Positions 17,501 through 23,840 of a stretch of DNA of 32,000 bases are shown here, piece after piece. The first letter of the stretch is position 1; each line of letters begins with the position of its first letter. The notes below the pieces were generated by a model that saw only the letters and a program-made list of their open reading frames with translations, did no database searches and was not told the origin of the DNA. The translations under genes and the position numbers were made by a program. This stretch comes from Candidatus Electronema aureum (GTDB lineage: Bacteria; Desulfobacterota; Desulfobulbia; Desulfobulbales; Desulfobulbaceae), in NCBI GenBank assembly GCA_004284765.1, contig NQJD01000005.1:1-32000 (forward strand), in the 5' to 3' direction.

Positions 17501-17912
17501 GCGCAATTACTGAACTCTCAGGCACACCACCCTCAACCAAGTTTTTGATTCGCGCGAGCAAATCATCAACCTCTGAATCTTCGACTTGATTACGCTCCAA
17601 CTCTTCTACCAAGAGATTGATGCGGTCTTTGCTCTCAATCAGCAAATCAGTGACTGCTGGAGACAGCGACTGCGTACCCTTGCGGATCAAATCAAGCAAA
17701 TTTTCTAATTTGTGCGACAACCCGGCAACCCGGTCAATGCCGACAAATTGGGCCGCTCCTTTGATGGTGTGAACAGAGCGAAAAAGTTCATCTAAGACTT
17801 CTTTGTTTTCCTTACCGTGGCCTTCCTCCAGTTTGAGCAGGCTGTTCTCCATCTCTTCAAGATGTTCCGCCGCTTCAACGATGAAATCCGGCAGCATTGA
17901 CGTGTCTATCAT
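14547..17912 (-). CDS. cheA: CheA histidine kinase with one canonical Hpt, two His-less Hpt-like repeats, long acidic/Pro-rich linkers, dimerisation, HATPase and CheW-like domains
   Basis: Hpt: LFRSVHTIKGAAQFVG. Dimerisation: IRVDADKIDYLMNQVGELVV. Kinase: DPLIHIIRNAVDHGIE, DDGRGID, GRGVGMDVV. C-terminal CheW-like domain. ATG 17912 (AGGGTGA upstream) is preferred over the GTG at 17921. Confidence 0.9.
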   Translation of the reverse strand: MIDTSMLPDFIVEAAEHLEEMENSLLKLEEGHGKENKEVLDELFRSVHTIKGAAQFVGIDRVAGLSHKLENLLDLIRKGTQSLSPAVTDLLIESKDRINLLVEELERNQVEDSEVDDLLARIKNLVEGGVPESSVIAPAPPPYEEPRKGSLAEENMAEEYDEELYSIFLQQLKENIPFLYAQTVELSISVDKQDVLYRCSDSIKSLKSSANYMGYEKLAKHYTDWQREISNAVDQLSAGKMPNLGFMQDYIDEIIRSFPQAMDGYSQEDAGQAATKKPKSDSAALDYIFSSDGPQHENEEKDAAQANDLDLALDSIFSDEDEEDGPIAVTISGLVDDDEDEENDKDEKENVRSVTTSSAPTTPAPPERKPLSLEYELSEDEHDQELVSIFLKKLQTDIRFLREQEAALPAASDKKELLERCREAVAGLSSSANYMEYHSLAAFCREWQQALREAANGSNVDATGALHRFTEALIQVYPQAVVDAEAGKQALAPQPKPVVAEAVSSVEFDNAEDTVISLLSKPTGEKVAAPVPPPSRSVPPDEVRPRPEPPSAEIKEDDSELFARLSSALDMSMSPRSDASEYQMDNVIEKIMDKTESEPEEEQPEELAVVSVPEATEPTAAPEKEQPAPLAAIMPEPVALKKADAPLPIVEEEKAVIEETPEFSDEEDADTSKKSAVKKSAPRSSIRVDADKIDYLMNQVGELVVSRAYFAQLVNEMRGLQLLLQERAKLTKSELKPLQEFAFRLSEAGVHLGRVSNELQEGVMKIRMLPIDQLFKRYPRLVRDLTHRTDKDIRLITKGEETELDKMVIESISDPLIHIIRNAVDHGIETITDRKRANKPSQGTLMLEAYHESDHIVVEITDDGRGIDPKRIRAKALEKGLFDKEELDRMSEEDIIRIIMEPGFSTAEKATETSGRGVGMDVVRKNVERLNGMIEISSKIGQGTRMRIKIPLTMAIIQALMVRVGKEKFTIPLTSVEETLRIFRHEISQIEGVDVIYIRDTTMPIFQLGRIYSIDRSQEEEDKMFVVVVSTGTQEVGLVVDELLGQEEVVIKPLADYLRSGSGFGGATILGDGGISLILDIPELVKIAGEEQADKQAQRNMSFKRRRKRGTEEEQPQAVIH
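16467..16790 (-). other. Pseudo-Hpt repeat 2 inside CheA (His position occupied by Glu)
   Basis: DEHDQELVSIFLKKLQTDIRFLREQE...LLERCREAVAGLSSSANYMEYHSLAAFCREWQ. It shares the (S)IFLxxLxxxIxFL and SSANYM(G/E)Y motifs with repeat 1. Confidence 0.5.
17136..17450 (-). other. Pseudo-Hpt repeat 1 inside CheA (His position occupied by Asp)
   Basis: EEYDEELYSIFLQQLKENIPFLYAQT...VLYRCSDSIKSLKSSANYMGYEKLAKHYTDWQ aligns to repeat 2 and, more loosely, to the Hpt helix around His51. Confidence 0.5.
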
Positions 17913-18006
17913 ATTGCTCACCCTGTCGCAGTCCGACCATGCAGGTTGTCAAGTTTTTGCAGCTTTTCCGGCCCGGCTCCTCCGCCGGACATGTTTTCCT
18001 TATCCT

Positions 18007-18582
18007 TCAGGCCGTCGGATATTTGCAAGCCGCACCGCCACCGCAGCAGGTTCCATCTTTGCCGCAGTCCGATTCAGCCATCATCCGCTCGTGTTCCAGT
18101 CTGATTTCAAAATAGCTGAATGACGTAACGATGTCTTTCAGATTTTCATTACTTTGTCGCATTTGTTCAATATCTTCGTCAAGTTCTGATTGCGGCTCCG
18201 CGTCGCTCAACGCTGCGATTCGTTCCAACAGTTCGCGGCTCTCTTGGCCGTGATTCCAAACAAAAAGCAACACTTCCTGCATGTTGACGGCCAGATCGTT
18301 GATGCTTTCGCCCAGCCGCCCGATCTCATCAGCCCTGTGGATACGATTAAGGCGGTCCAAATGGCCGTCGATCATCTGCCGAGTGACAGCATGAACATCT
18401 GCCAGTGGCTTCAGTACATAAATTTGAAAAGAAAGGAGGGCCGCTGCTAAAACACAGAGTAAGAGGCCCAGAGCTGCAAGCGCGGCGACTGGCGGTCCGC
18501 CGCGCATAACGAAAACAGCCGTGAACAGAGTCAGCAAAACGGTCAAAGCAAAGAACGATAGAGCCTTGTTCTTCAGACTCAT
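18007..18582 (-). CDS. HAMP-only membrane protein with Cys-rich C-terminal tail
   Basis: Start MSLKNK at 18582 (AGGAAG 8 nt upstream). TM1 LSFFALTVLLTLFTAVFVM, TM2 AALAALGLLLCVLAAALLSF. HAMP-like YVLKPLADVHAVTRQMIDGHLDRLNRIHRADEIGRLGESINDLAVNM. The tail is ESDCGKDGTCCGGGAACKYPTA. Confidence 0.6.
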   Translation of the reverse strand: MSLKNKALSFFALTVLLTLFTAVFVMRGGPPVAALAALGLLLCVLAAALLSFQIYVLKPLADVHAVTRQMIDGHLDRLNRIHRADEIGRLGESINDLAVNMQEVLLFVWNHGQESRELLERIAALSDAEPQSELDEDIEQMRQSNENLKDIVTSFSYFEIRLEHERMMAESDCGKDGTCCGGGAACKYPTA

Positions 18583-18692
18583 GCCGTTAGCTTCCTGGGG
18601 CGAGGTTGACATAGGCGACAAATCCGTGTTAGTGAAAATGTTCTTTGTGGCAATGCCCGCATTGCCGGATTGCTCCCTGCTCAGACAGAGAG

Positions 18693-19076
18693 TCAGATAC
18701 CAGAGTCTTGGCCTCCGCCGTCCTCTTCCTCCTCGATCATATCCAGAATTTCTTTGGCCTTGTGCTTGCTGGCAAAGCCACGTGCGCCCAGCTTCTCCAC
18801 CTCTGCTCGATAGACTTCCTCGTCAAGATTGGAGAGGAAAATGATATGAGCTGATTTATCAAAGCGGAGAATTTCCTTGGCCGCAGCTAAACCGTCCATA
18901 TCCCGCATGGTGATGTCCATGGTCACGATGTCGGGCTTCAGGGCCTTATACAGCTCAATCGCCTCAATGCCATTTTTGGCTTGCCCCACCACGATGTGTC
19001 CCGGCGGCTGGAGCAGCTTGACAATCATCTTGCGCATCATGGAGGAGTCATCGACAACCAGAACCCGTTTGCTCAT
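18693..19076 (-). CDS. cheY: CheY-like single-domain response regulator
   Basis: KRVLVVDDSSMMRKMI...PDIVTMDITMRDMDG...IIFLS. GGGAGA lies upstream, and the gene starts 5 nt after the cheW stop. Confidence 0.85.
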   Translation of the reverse strand: MSKRVLVVDDSSMMRKMIVKLLQPPGHIVVGQAKNGIEAIELYKALKPDIVTMDITMRDMDGLAAAKEILRFDKSAHIIFLSNLDEEVYRAEVEKLGARGFASKHKAKEILDMIEEEEDGGGQDSGI

Positions 19077-19081
19077 CTGCG

Positions 19082-19597
19082 TTATTCTCCCTTGATTGAA
19101 CCCAGCTGTTGCAGCTCATCCGCCATCAGAATGCGGTTGAAATCCAACAGAATGAGGAGGCTACCGCCGATGTCGCAGACCCCCTTAATGTAGCGGTTCG
19201 CCAGCCCGGCCATGATCACATCAGGCGGCGGCTCGATGGTGCTTTCCATAATTTTGAGTACCTTAGTCACTGAATCGACAATGAAGCCGGTAACGCGGCC
19301 TCCAATGTCAAGAATCAGTATCCAAGCATCTTTGGTGTCGCTTTCTTTCCGATATAAATTCAGCCGCTTGCGCAGCTCAATAACCGGAATGATGTTGCCG
19401 CGCAGGTTAATAACACCCTCAATAAAATCCGGTGAATTAGGCACCGACGTAATCGGCGCGGAACGGATGATCTCCTGCACCATGAGTATGTCCACGCCGA
19501 ACTGCTCCTTGCCGATGGTGAAACCGACCAGCTGCATGAGCTGCTCTTTTTCTTCCCGGTCGGCAAACCTCTTTTCGGCTGCAAATCCCTCTGGCAT
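19082..19597 (-). CDS. cheW: CheW coupling protein
   Basis: LVGFTIGKEQFGVDILMVQEIIR...VPNSPDFIEGVINLRGNIIPVIELRKRL is the canonical CheW fold signature. GAGGAG lies 8 nt upstream. Confidence 0.9.
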   Translation of the reverse strand: MPEGFAAEKRFADREEKEQLMQLVGFTIGKEQFGVDILMVQEIIRSAPITSVPNSPDFIEGVINLRGNIIPVIELRKRLNLYRKESDTKDAWILILDIGGRVTGFIVDSVTKVLKIMESTIEPPPDVIMAGLANRYIKGVCDIGGSLLILLDFNRILMADELQQLGSIKGE

Positions 19598-19648
19598 GAA
19601 TGGTCTCCTCGTTGCGCGGTGTCCCGCGTTTTCTTCGTTGAAAGCGAA

Positions 19649-19681
19649 CTGCTCCGCGCCGGAAAGATAGACGCGGAGCAG
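19649..19681 (-). promoter_or_regulatory. Intercistronic GC-rich stem-loop between the MCP stop and the cheW start
   Basis: On the minus strand, CTGCTCCGCG, a 13-nt loop and CGCGGAGCAG (10-bp perfect stem) are followed by UUCGCUUUC. This could be a partial terminator or stability element. Confidence 0.3.
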
Positions 19682-19704
19682 CAGACAAGAGGCGGTCCAG
19701 CAAA

Positions 19705-22700
19705 TTAGAGTTTGAACTGCTCAACCTGCTCCCGCAACTTTGCAGAAGCGGAGGTCAACTCACCGGTGATCGCCACAACGGTACCTGCGCCTTCTACGGT
19801 CTTCTTCGCACCTTCAAAGGACTGCTGGGCGATTTTGATCGCGTTCGCAGAACGCTGACCTTGGGCAGTAACCAGCTCGTTCAGTACTTCGGTACGACGC
19901 ACAATCTCGCGCATCTCACCGTCGATGGTGGTCGAACCAACCGTGGCTTCGGCAACCAGCGCACTGATGATTTGAGACTGTTGAACCATCGCAGCGAGAG
20001 CGTCCTCAGCAGCTTTACGACGAGTACCCTGCTCACCGGCCATTGTAGCAATCTGCTGGGCCAGTTTGTTCAGCTCTTGAACGAAGTTCTGAACACCTTG
20101 GATGTCTTTCTCAACAACGTGGGCAACCGACGCGATTTCCTCAATCGACTTCATGTTGTTACGACCGCTGGCATCGATCAAGGCGAGCGCGCTTTGCAGC
20201 TGCTCGGAGTATCTCGCACCCTCGTCCACTTTGGCGGTCGAATCTTTGATCAGCTGGGTAATTTCCTTCGCAGCTTCAGAGGAACGTTGCGCCAGCTTAC
20301 CAACCTCGTCGGCAACAACCGCGAAGCCCTTACCGTGCGCACCGGCACGGGCGGCCTCGATCGCAGCGTTCAGAGCCAGCAAGTTGGTCTGCTCCGCGAT
20401 CTCGGTAATAACGCTGATGATTTCAGAAATCTGGCCAGAAGACTCAGCAATAGCGTGCATACCAGCAACCGTGTTTTCAACAGCGGTACGACCGGCGTTC
20501 GCAGCTTTCAGTGATTCTTGACCCTGCTGGGTGGCGTTGTTAATTGCTTGACCCATGTTACGCACAGCGGCGGTGATCTCGTTCATCGAGGCCGTCACCT
20601 GCATAACCATTTTACCTTGCTCACCGGACGTGGACACAACCATTGCGCCGGTCTGTCCCATGTCGCCTACGCGGTTAGTAACGGTTTCAGCTTCTTTTGA
20701 TTGCTTGATAACCGCGCTACTTACCGTGTTCATGGATTGAAGCAGCTCGGTAATCGTGCGCTGCGATTTCTGCGCTGATTCCTGCTGGGCTTTCGCGCCC
20801 TCAGCAACCTGACCAGCGGTCTGACCAATCGTTTCCAACAGCTCTCGGGTTTTTTCAGACTGCTTCACCTCGATCTCAGCACGGTCACGGTTACCAGCGG
20901 CGCGGTTAGCCACGTCCTTGGCGTTGGTCGCAACCGTCTGCGAAACCTGCTCAACCTGTTTAAACGACCTGTTCAACTCAAGCAACATAGAGTTAAACTC
21001 CGCAGCCATCTGTCCTACCTCGTCGCCCGAAGCAACCGGCACGTTCAGGGTCAGGTCTCGTTCAGACGCAACCTGTCGTACAACCTCGGCGATGGAAACG
21101 ATGGGTTTAGAGAATGCACCTCCGATGAACCAAGCCATGACGGCGATGGCAGCGAGCAGGAGGATACCGGTGAAGATAGCGCGGTTTCTTGTGTCAGTTA
21201 CGGCTTGAAGAGCCTCTTTGGTGTCGATCTTGGAGACCAGAACCCAGTCAAAGCCAACCCCCAACTCTTTGTCCAGCCGCAGCTTGGTAGCCGCGCCGAT
21301 GATCGGGTCGCCGACGTAATCCACAGAGTGCGTGAAGATGCCTTCCTCGCCCGCCTCAATTGCTTTTTCCACCAAGACGGTTTCCAGCTTTTTCTCGCCC
21401 AACAGCTGCAAGCCTTTCCGGGAGTCGGAACGGGGCCGCAGATCTTCGGTACTAACCATGAAGGTCTCACCGGTCTGACCCAGACCCGTCTGCTCATCCA
21501 TGTAGGCCTGAAGAACGGTGTTGGTGACGCGGATGGCGATCATGGCGATAACTTGATCCTTCTCGATGATCGGCGCGGCGATGAAGGCTAGCGGTCTGTT
21601 GGCCGGAGCGTAGTGCGCGTAGTCGGCCAGCATGACCTTTTTGCTGTCGCGGACATTCTGGAGCAGCTTGCTCAGGTTGGTGTCCTTGAATTGACTGTCG
21701 GAGAAAAGGTTGGCGTGATACTCCTTCTCCTTCTTGACGGTGTAGTAGCAGTAGCCGGAGGGGTCAGTCAGATAGATGTCGAAGTAGTCATACGCCTTGC
21801 TGAACTTTTGCAGCAAGTCCTCGGTTTGACCCGCGCCTTGCGGTACCAGAATCTCGGTCAGGGCACCGGTGGTGATCAGACCCCAGTTCACGCCGGGAAC
21901 GTTCAGCGGCAAATAGGTGGTGATTTCGTACAAACCCGTCGGGCCGACTTGGAAGAAGGAGCCTTTCTGACCGGAGAGCACCAGCTCGGAGTTCTTACCG
22001 GGCTTGGGATCGCCGATCTTACCTTGCTTGACAGTACGGTCAGAAGCCAGCTTGGGGTTATCCTTGGTGCCTGTGACCATGTAGGACTCGAAGGAGGCTT
22101 CCAGACCCTCGCGCTCTTGAACGATGTCGTTGATGTCTTTTGGAGAAAGCTGAATAACGACGATGCCGAGAACCTTGCCTTCCGACTTGATGGGCGTACC
22201 CAAGAAGAGTGCTTGCGCGTTGTTGGAAGGCGCATAGAGGGAGTAGTCCTCCATCGAGGTTTCCTTCAAAGCCTTGGGGAAGAGACGGCCTACACCGGAG
22301 TCTTTCAGGCTGCCCTTAACCACGTTCTGGCCTACGTCCGACTCTTCTTCGGCAGAGGCATAGACAATATCGCCCGCTGGCGAGATCAGCATTACGTCAT
22401 AATAGCTGTGCGCTGCCGTGAACTCTTTGAACATCGGGCCGTATTTGTCCCGGTAGCCGTTCCACATGCTGCCGCCGATCTTGCCGCCCTCCTCTTGGAA
22501 CGCCTGGTTGAACTCCTGCATGGCGGTGGCGGTGGCGTAGCCAGCGGCCATAACCTGCGCGTCCGCGAACCGGCGCTTCATGAAGCGCTCGATGGCCTGT
22601 TTCTTGCCGGCCTCGAAACCTTGCATCTTGCCGAGAGCCTCATTGTGCAGACCCTCCATGATGTCGCCGAGAATCTGCATGTCGCCGTAACGCTCATGGA

Positions 22701-22905
22701 AGTAGCGCACGATCTCTTTCTTTTTCAGCTCGCGGACAGACTCAAGCTGCTGCTGGGCACGGGCTGTCAGAGCTTTGGATGTTGACCAGTAGTCCAGCAC
22801 CGCGTTGATCAGGTAGGGCACCGTTCCTACCATGAGCAGCAGGGCCATCAGCTTCCACCGGAGGCCCCAGCCCTGTTTGTAGGTTTTTACCTCTTGTCGT
22901 TTCAT
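19705..22905 (-). CDS. Methyl-accepting chemotaxis protein with a very large periplasmic tandem Cache-like sensor, HAMP and a long signalling domain
   Basis: TM1 about aa 18-38, TM2 about aa 576-598, HAMP about aa 600-650. Signalling hairpin [38 protein letters not shown]. Strong RBS AGGAGGGAG upstream of ATG 22905. Confidence 0.9.
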   Translation of the reverse strand: MKRQEVKTYKQGWGLRWKLMALLLMVGTVPYLINAVLDYWSTSKALTARAQQQLESVRELKKKEIVRYFHERYGDMQILGDIMEGLHNEALGKMQGFEAGKKQAIERFMKRRFADAQVMAAGYATATAMQEFNQAFQEEGGKIGGSMWNGYRDKYGPMFKEFTAAHSYYDVMLISPAGDIVYASAEEESDVGQNVVKGSLKDSGVGRLFPKALKETSMEDYSLYAPSNNAQALFLGTPIKSEGKVLGIVVIQLSPKDINDIVQEREGLEASFESYMVTGTKDNPKLASDRTVKQGKIGDPKPGKNSELVLSGQKGSFFQVGPTGLYEITTYLPLNVPGVNWGLITTGALTEILVPQGAGQTEDLLQKFSKAYDYFDIYLTDPSGYCYYTVKKEKEYHANLFSDSQFKDTNLSKLLQNVRDSKKVMLADYAHYAPANRPLAFIAAPIIEKDQVIAMIAIRVTNTVLQAYMDEQTGLGQTGETFMVSTEDLRPRSDSRKGLQLLGEKKLETVLVEKAIEAGEEGIFTHSVDYVGDPIIGAATKLRLDKELGVGFDWVLVSKIDTKEALQAVTDTRNRAIFTGILLLAAIAVMAWFIGGAFSKPIVSIAEVVRQVASERDLTLNVPVASGDEVGQMAAEFNSMLLELNRSFKQVEQVSQTVATNAKDVANRAAGNRDRAEIEVKQSEKTRELLETIGQTAGQVAEGAKAQQESAQKSQRTITELLQSMNTVSSAVIKQSKEAETVTNRVGDMGQTGAMVVSTSGEQGKMVMQVTASMNEITAAVRNMGQAINNATQQGQESLKAANAGRTAVENTVAGMHAIAESSGQISEIISVITEIAEQTNLLALNAAIEAARAGAHGKGFAVVADEVGKLAQRSSEAAKEITQLIKDSTAKVDEGARYSEQLQSALALIDASGRNNMKSIEEIASVAHVVEKDIQGVQNFVQELNKLAQQIATMAGEQGTRRKAAEDALAAMVQQSQIISALVAEATVGSTTIDGEMREIVRRTEVLNELVTAQGQRSANAIKIAQQSFEGAKKTVEGAGTVVAITGELTSASAKLREQVEQFKL

Positions 22906-22976
22906 TCCCTCACTCCCTCCTGTCTCTGTTCCGGTTTCGGCACTACGGGCCTGCGGTTCCGCCCGCCTGCCGCCTC

Positions 22977-23009
22977 CTGACTACGGTTTCCTAAGGAAAC
23001 CGTAGTCAG
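22977..23009. promoter_or_regulatory. 33-nt near-perfect palindrome (15-bp arms, 3-nt centre) in the leader of the MCP operon
   Basis: CTGACTACGGTTTCC TAA GGAAACCGTAGTCAG. A related half-site-like string, CACTACGG-GCCTGC-GGTTCC, lies at about 22941-22960. No flanking U-run. Confidence 0.5.
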
Positions 23010-23081
23010 CCGCGCTCCAAGGATGATACCCATGTCTTTTCCATGTCCTCCTGTTAAAAAAATTGGTGCCACGCTCTTTTG

Positions 23082-23110
23082 TTTATATTGATATATTGCA
23101 AATTTCGCAA
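23082..23110 (-). promoter_or_regulatory. Candidate sigma70-type promoter for the MCP/che operon
   Basis: Minus strand: TTGCGA (rc of 23105-23110), 17-nt spacer, TATAAA (rc of 23082-23087). It would give a leader of about 170 nt containing the palindrome. Based on motif match only. Confidence 0.3.
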
Positions 23111-23162
23111 GCCTATCCTGCTGTGGTGGGTGTTTTTTTGTGTTTCGGTACCCAACATTCCC

Positions 23163-23188
23163 GTAGGGGCAGGCCCCCGTGCCTGCCC
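23163..23188 (+). repeat. REP-like hairpin copy a (intergenic)
   Basis: GTAGGGGCAGGCCCCCGTGCCTGCCC. Stem GGGCAGGC/GCCTGCCC. Confidence 0.7.
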
Positions 23189-23232
23189 AAAAATGCCACG
23201 CCGTGCAATCATTGCCGCGCCCGTGCAATCAA

Positions 23233-23258
23233 GGGCGGACACAGGGGTCCGCCCCTAC
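23233..23258 (-). repeat. REP-like hairpin copy b (inverted relative to a; overlaps the RAYT stop codon)
   Basis: The rc reads GTAGGGGCGGACCCCTGTGTCCGCCC. Stem GGGCGGAC/GTCCGCCC, with compensatory changes relative to copy a. The TAG stop of the transposase lies in the GTAGGGG head. Confidence 0.7.
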
Positions 23259-23480
23259 ATGAACGGCGTTGGGGCATTTAATTGATCTTCCGTCCACCGG
23301 GCCGGGTTGTTTTCAATGTATTCACGAATTCCGTTCAATTCGTGTTCGTCACGAATGACGCGCTCCCAATAATTGCGCTGCCATAATTTGCCGGGAAAGG
23401 GCCGCCATCCGCAACCCTTCACCCCGTCCGCATATCGTTTTGTGGTCAGGGTTTTGTAGCGGCGCATTACATCCGGCAAG

Positions 23481-23506
23481 GTAGGGGCAGGCCCTTGTGC
23501 CTGCCC
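23481..23506 (+). repeat. REP-like hairpin copy c (inside the RAYT coding sequence)
   Basis: GTAGGGGCAGGCCCTTGTGCCTGCCC. It is read on the minus strand in frame as GQAQGPAPT. Confidence 0.7.
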
Positions 23507-23672
23507 TATCATTCCTTGTATCTGCCCAGAAAGAACCACAATGCCATGCAGATGATTCGGCATAACGGTAAATGCGTCAAGCGCAACACCGGAATAATAT
23601 TCTGGCATTTCATGCCATATTTCCCGAATCATCTGCCCCGCTGTATTCAGCCGCATTTCAGAAGGAACATCA

Positions 23673-23698
23673 GGGTAGGCACAGGGGCCTACCCCTAC
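23673..23698 (-). repeat. REP-like hairpin copy d (inside the RAYT coding sequence, opposite orientation to c)
   Basis: The rc reads GTAGGGGTAGGCCCCTGTGCCTACCC. Stem GGGTAGGC/GCCTACCC (compensatory). It is read in frame as VGVGPCAYP. Confidence 0.7.
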
Positions 23699-23840
23699 AA
23701 CAATCTCGCCGAATAAACATTCCCGATCTTGGGTGCAGATGGTCACAAAATATGCCCCGCCCTGCGAATAATCATAACCTGTTAGACGAATGGAACGGCG
23801 ATGATGAATTGCCGGTTCGTAACGCATCGCATAAACGCCC

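Larger units (their letters stand above)
23255..23827 (-). mobile_element. REP-associated tyrosine transposase-like protein (IS200-like Y1 HUH family, RAYT type)
   Basis: Start MRYEPAIHHRRSIRLTGYDYSQGGAYFVTICTQDRE at 23827. HUH motif MPNHLHGIV. Catalytic-Tyr region KLWQRNYWERVIRDE. C-terminal REYIENNPARW. REP-like hairpins flank it and are embedded in it. Confidence 0.8.

Noticed and set aside
19861-22785. Long plus-strand ORFs (217, 139, 128 and 390 aa) inside the MCP gene
   Set aside because: They are antisense shadows of the alanine/glutamine-rich coiled-coil coding sequence, with no starts supported by RBS and no motifs.
23055-23071. Sigma54-like TGGCAC on the minus strand upstream of the MCP
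   Set aside because: The -12 element is missing: TGGCAC-CAATT-TTTTT has no TTGC at the required spacing.
22902-23228. 108-aa minus-strand ORF and small plus-strand ORFs across the MCP leader
   Set aside because: They run through the palindrome, promoter-like AT tract and REP hairpin. Peptide strings such as GTGACPYG are simply translated REP sequence.
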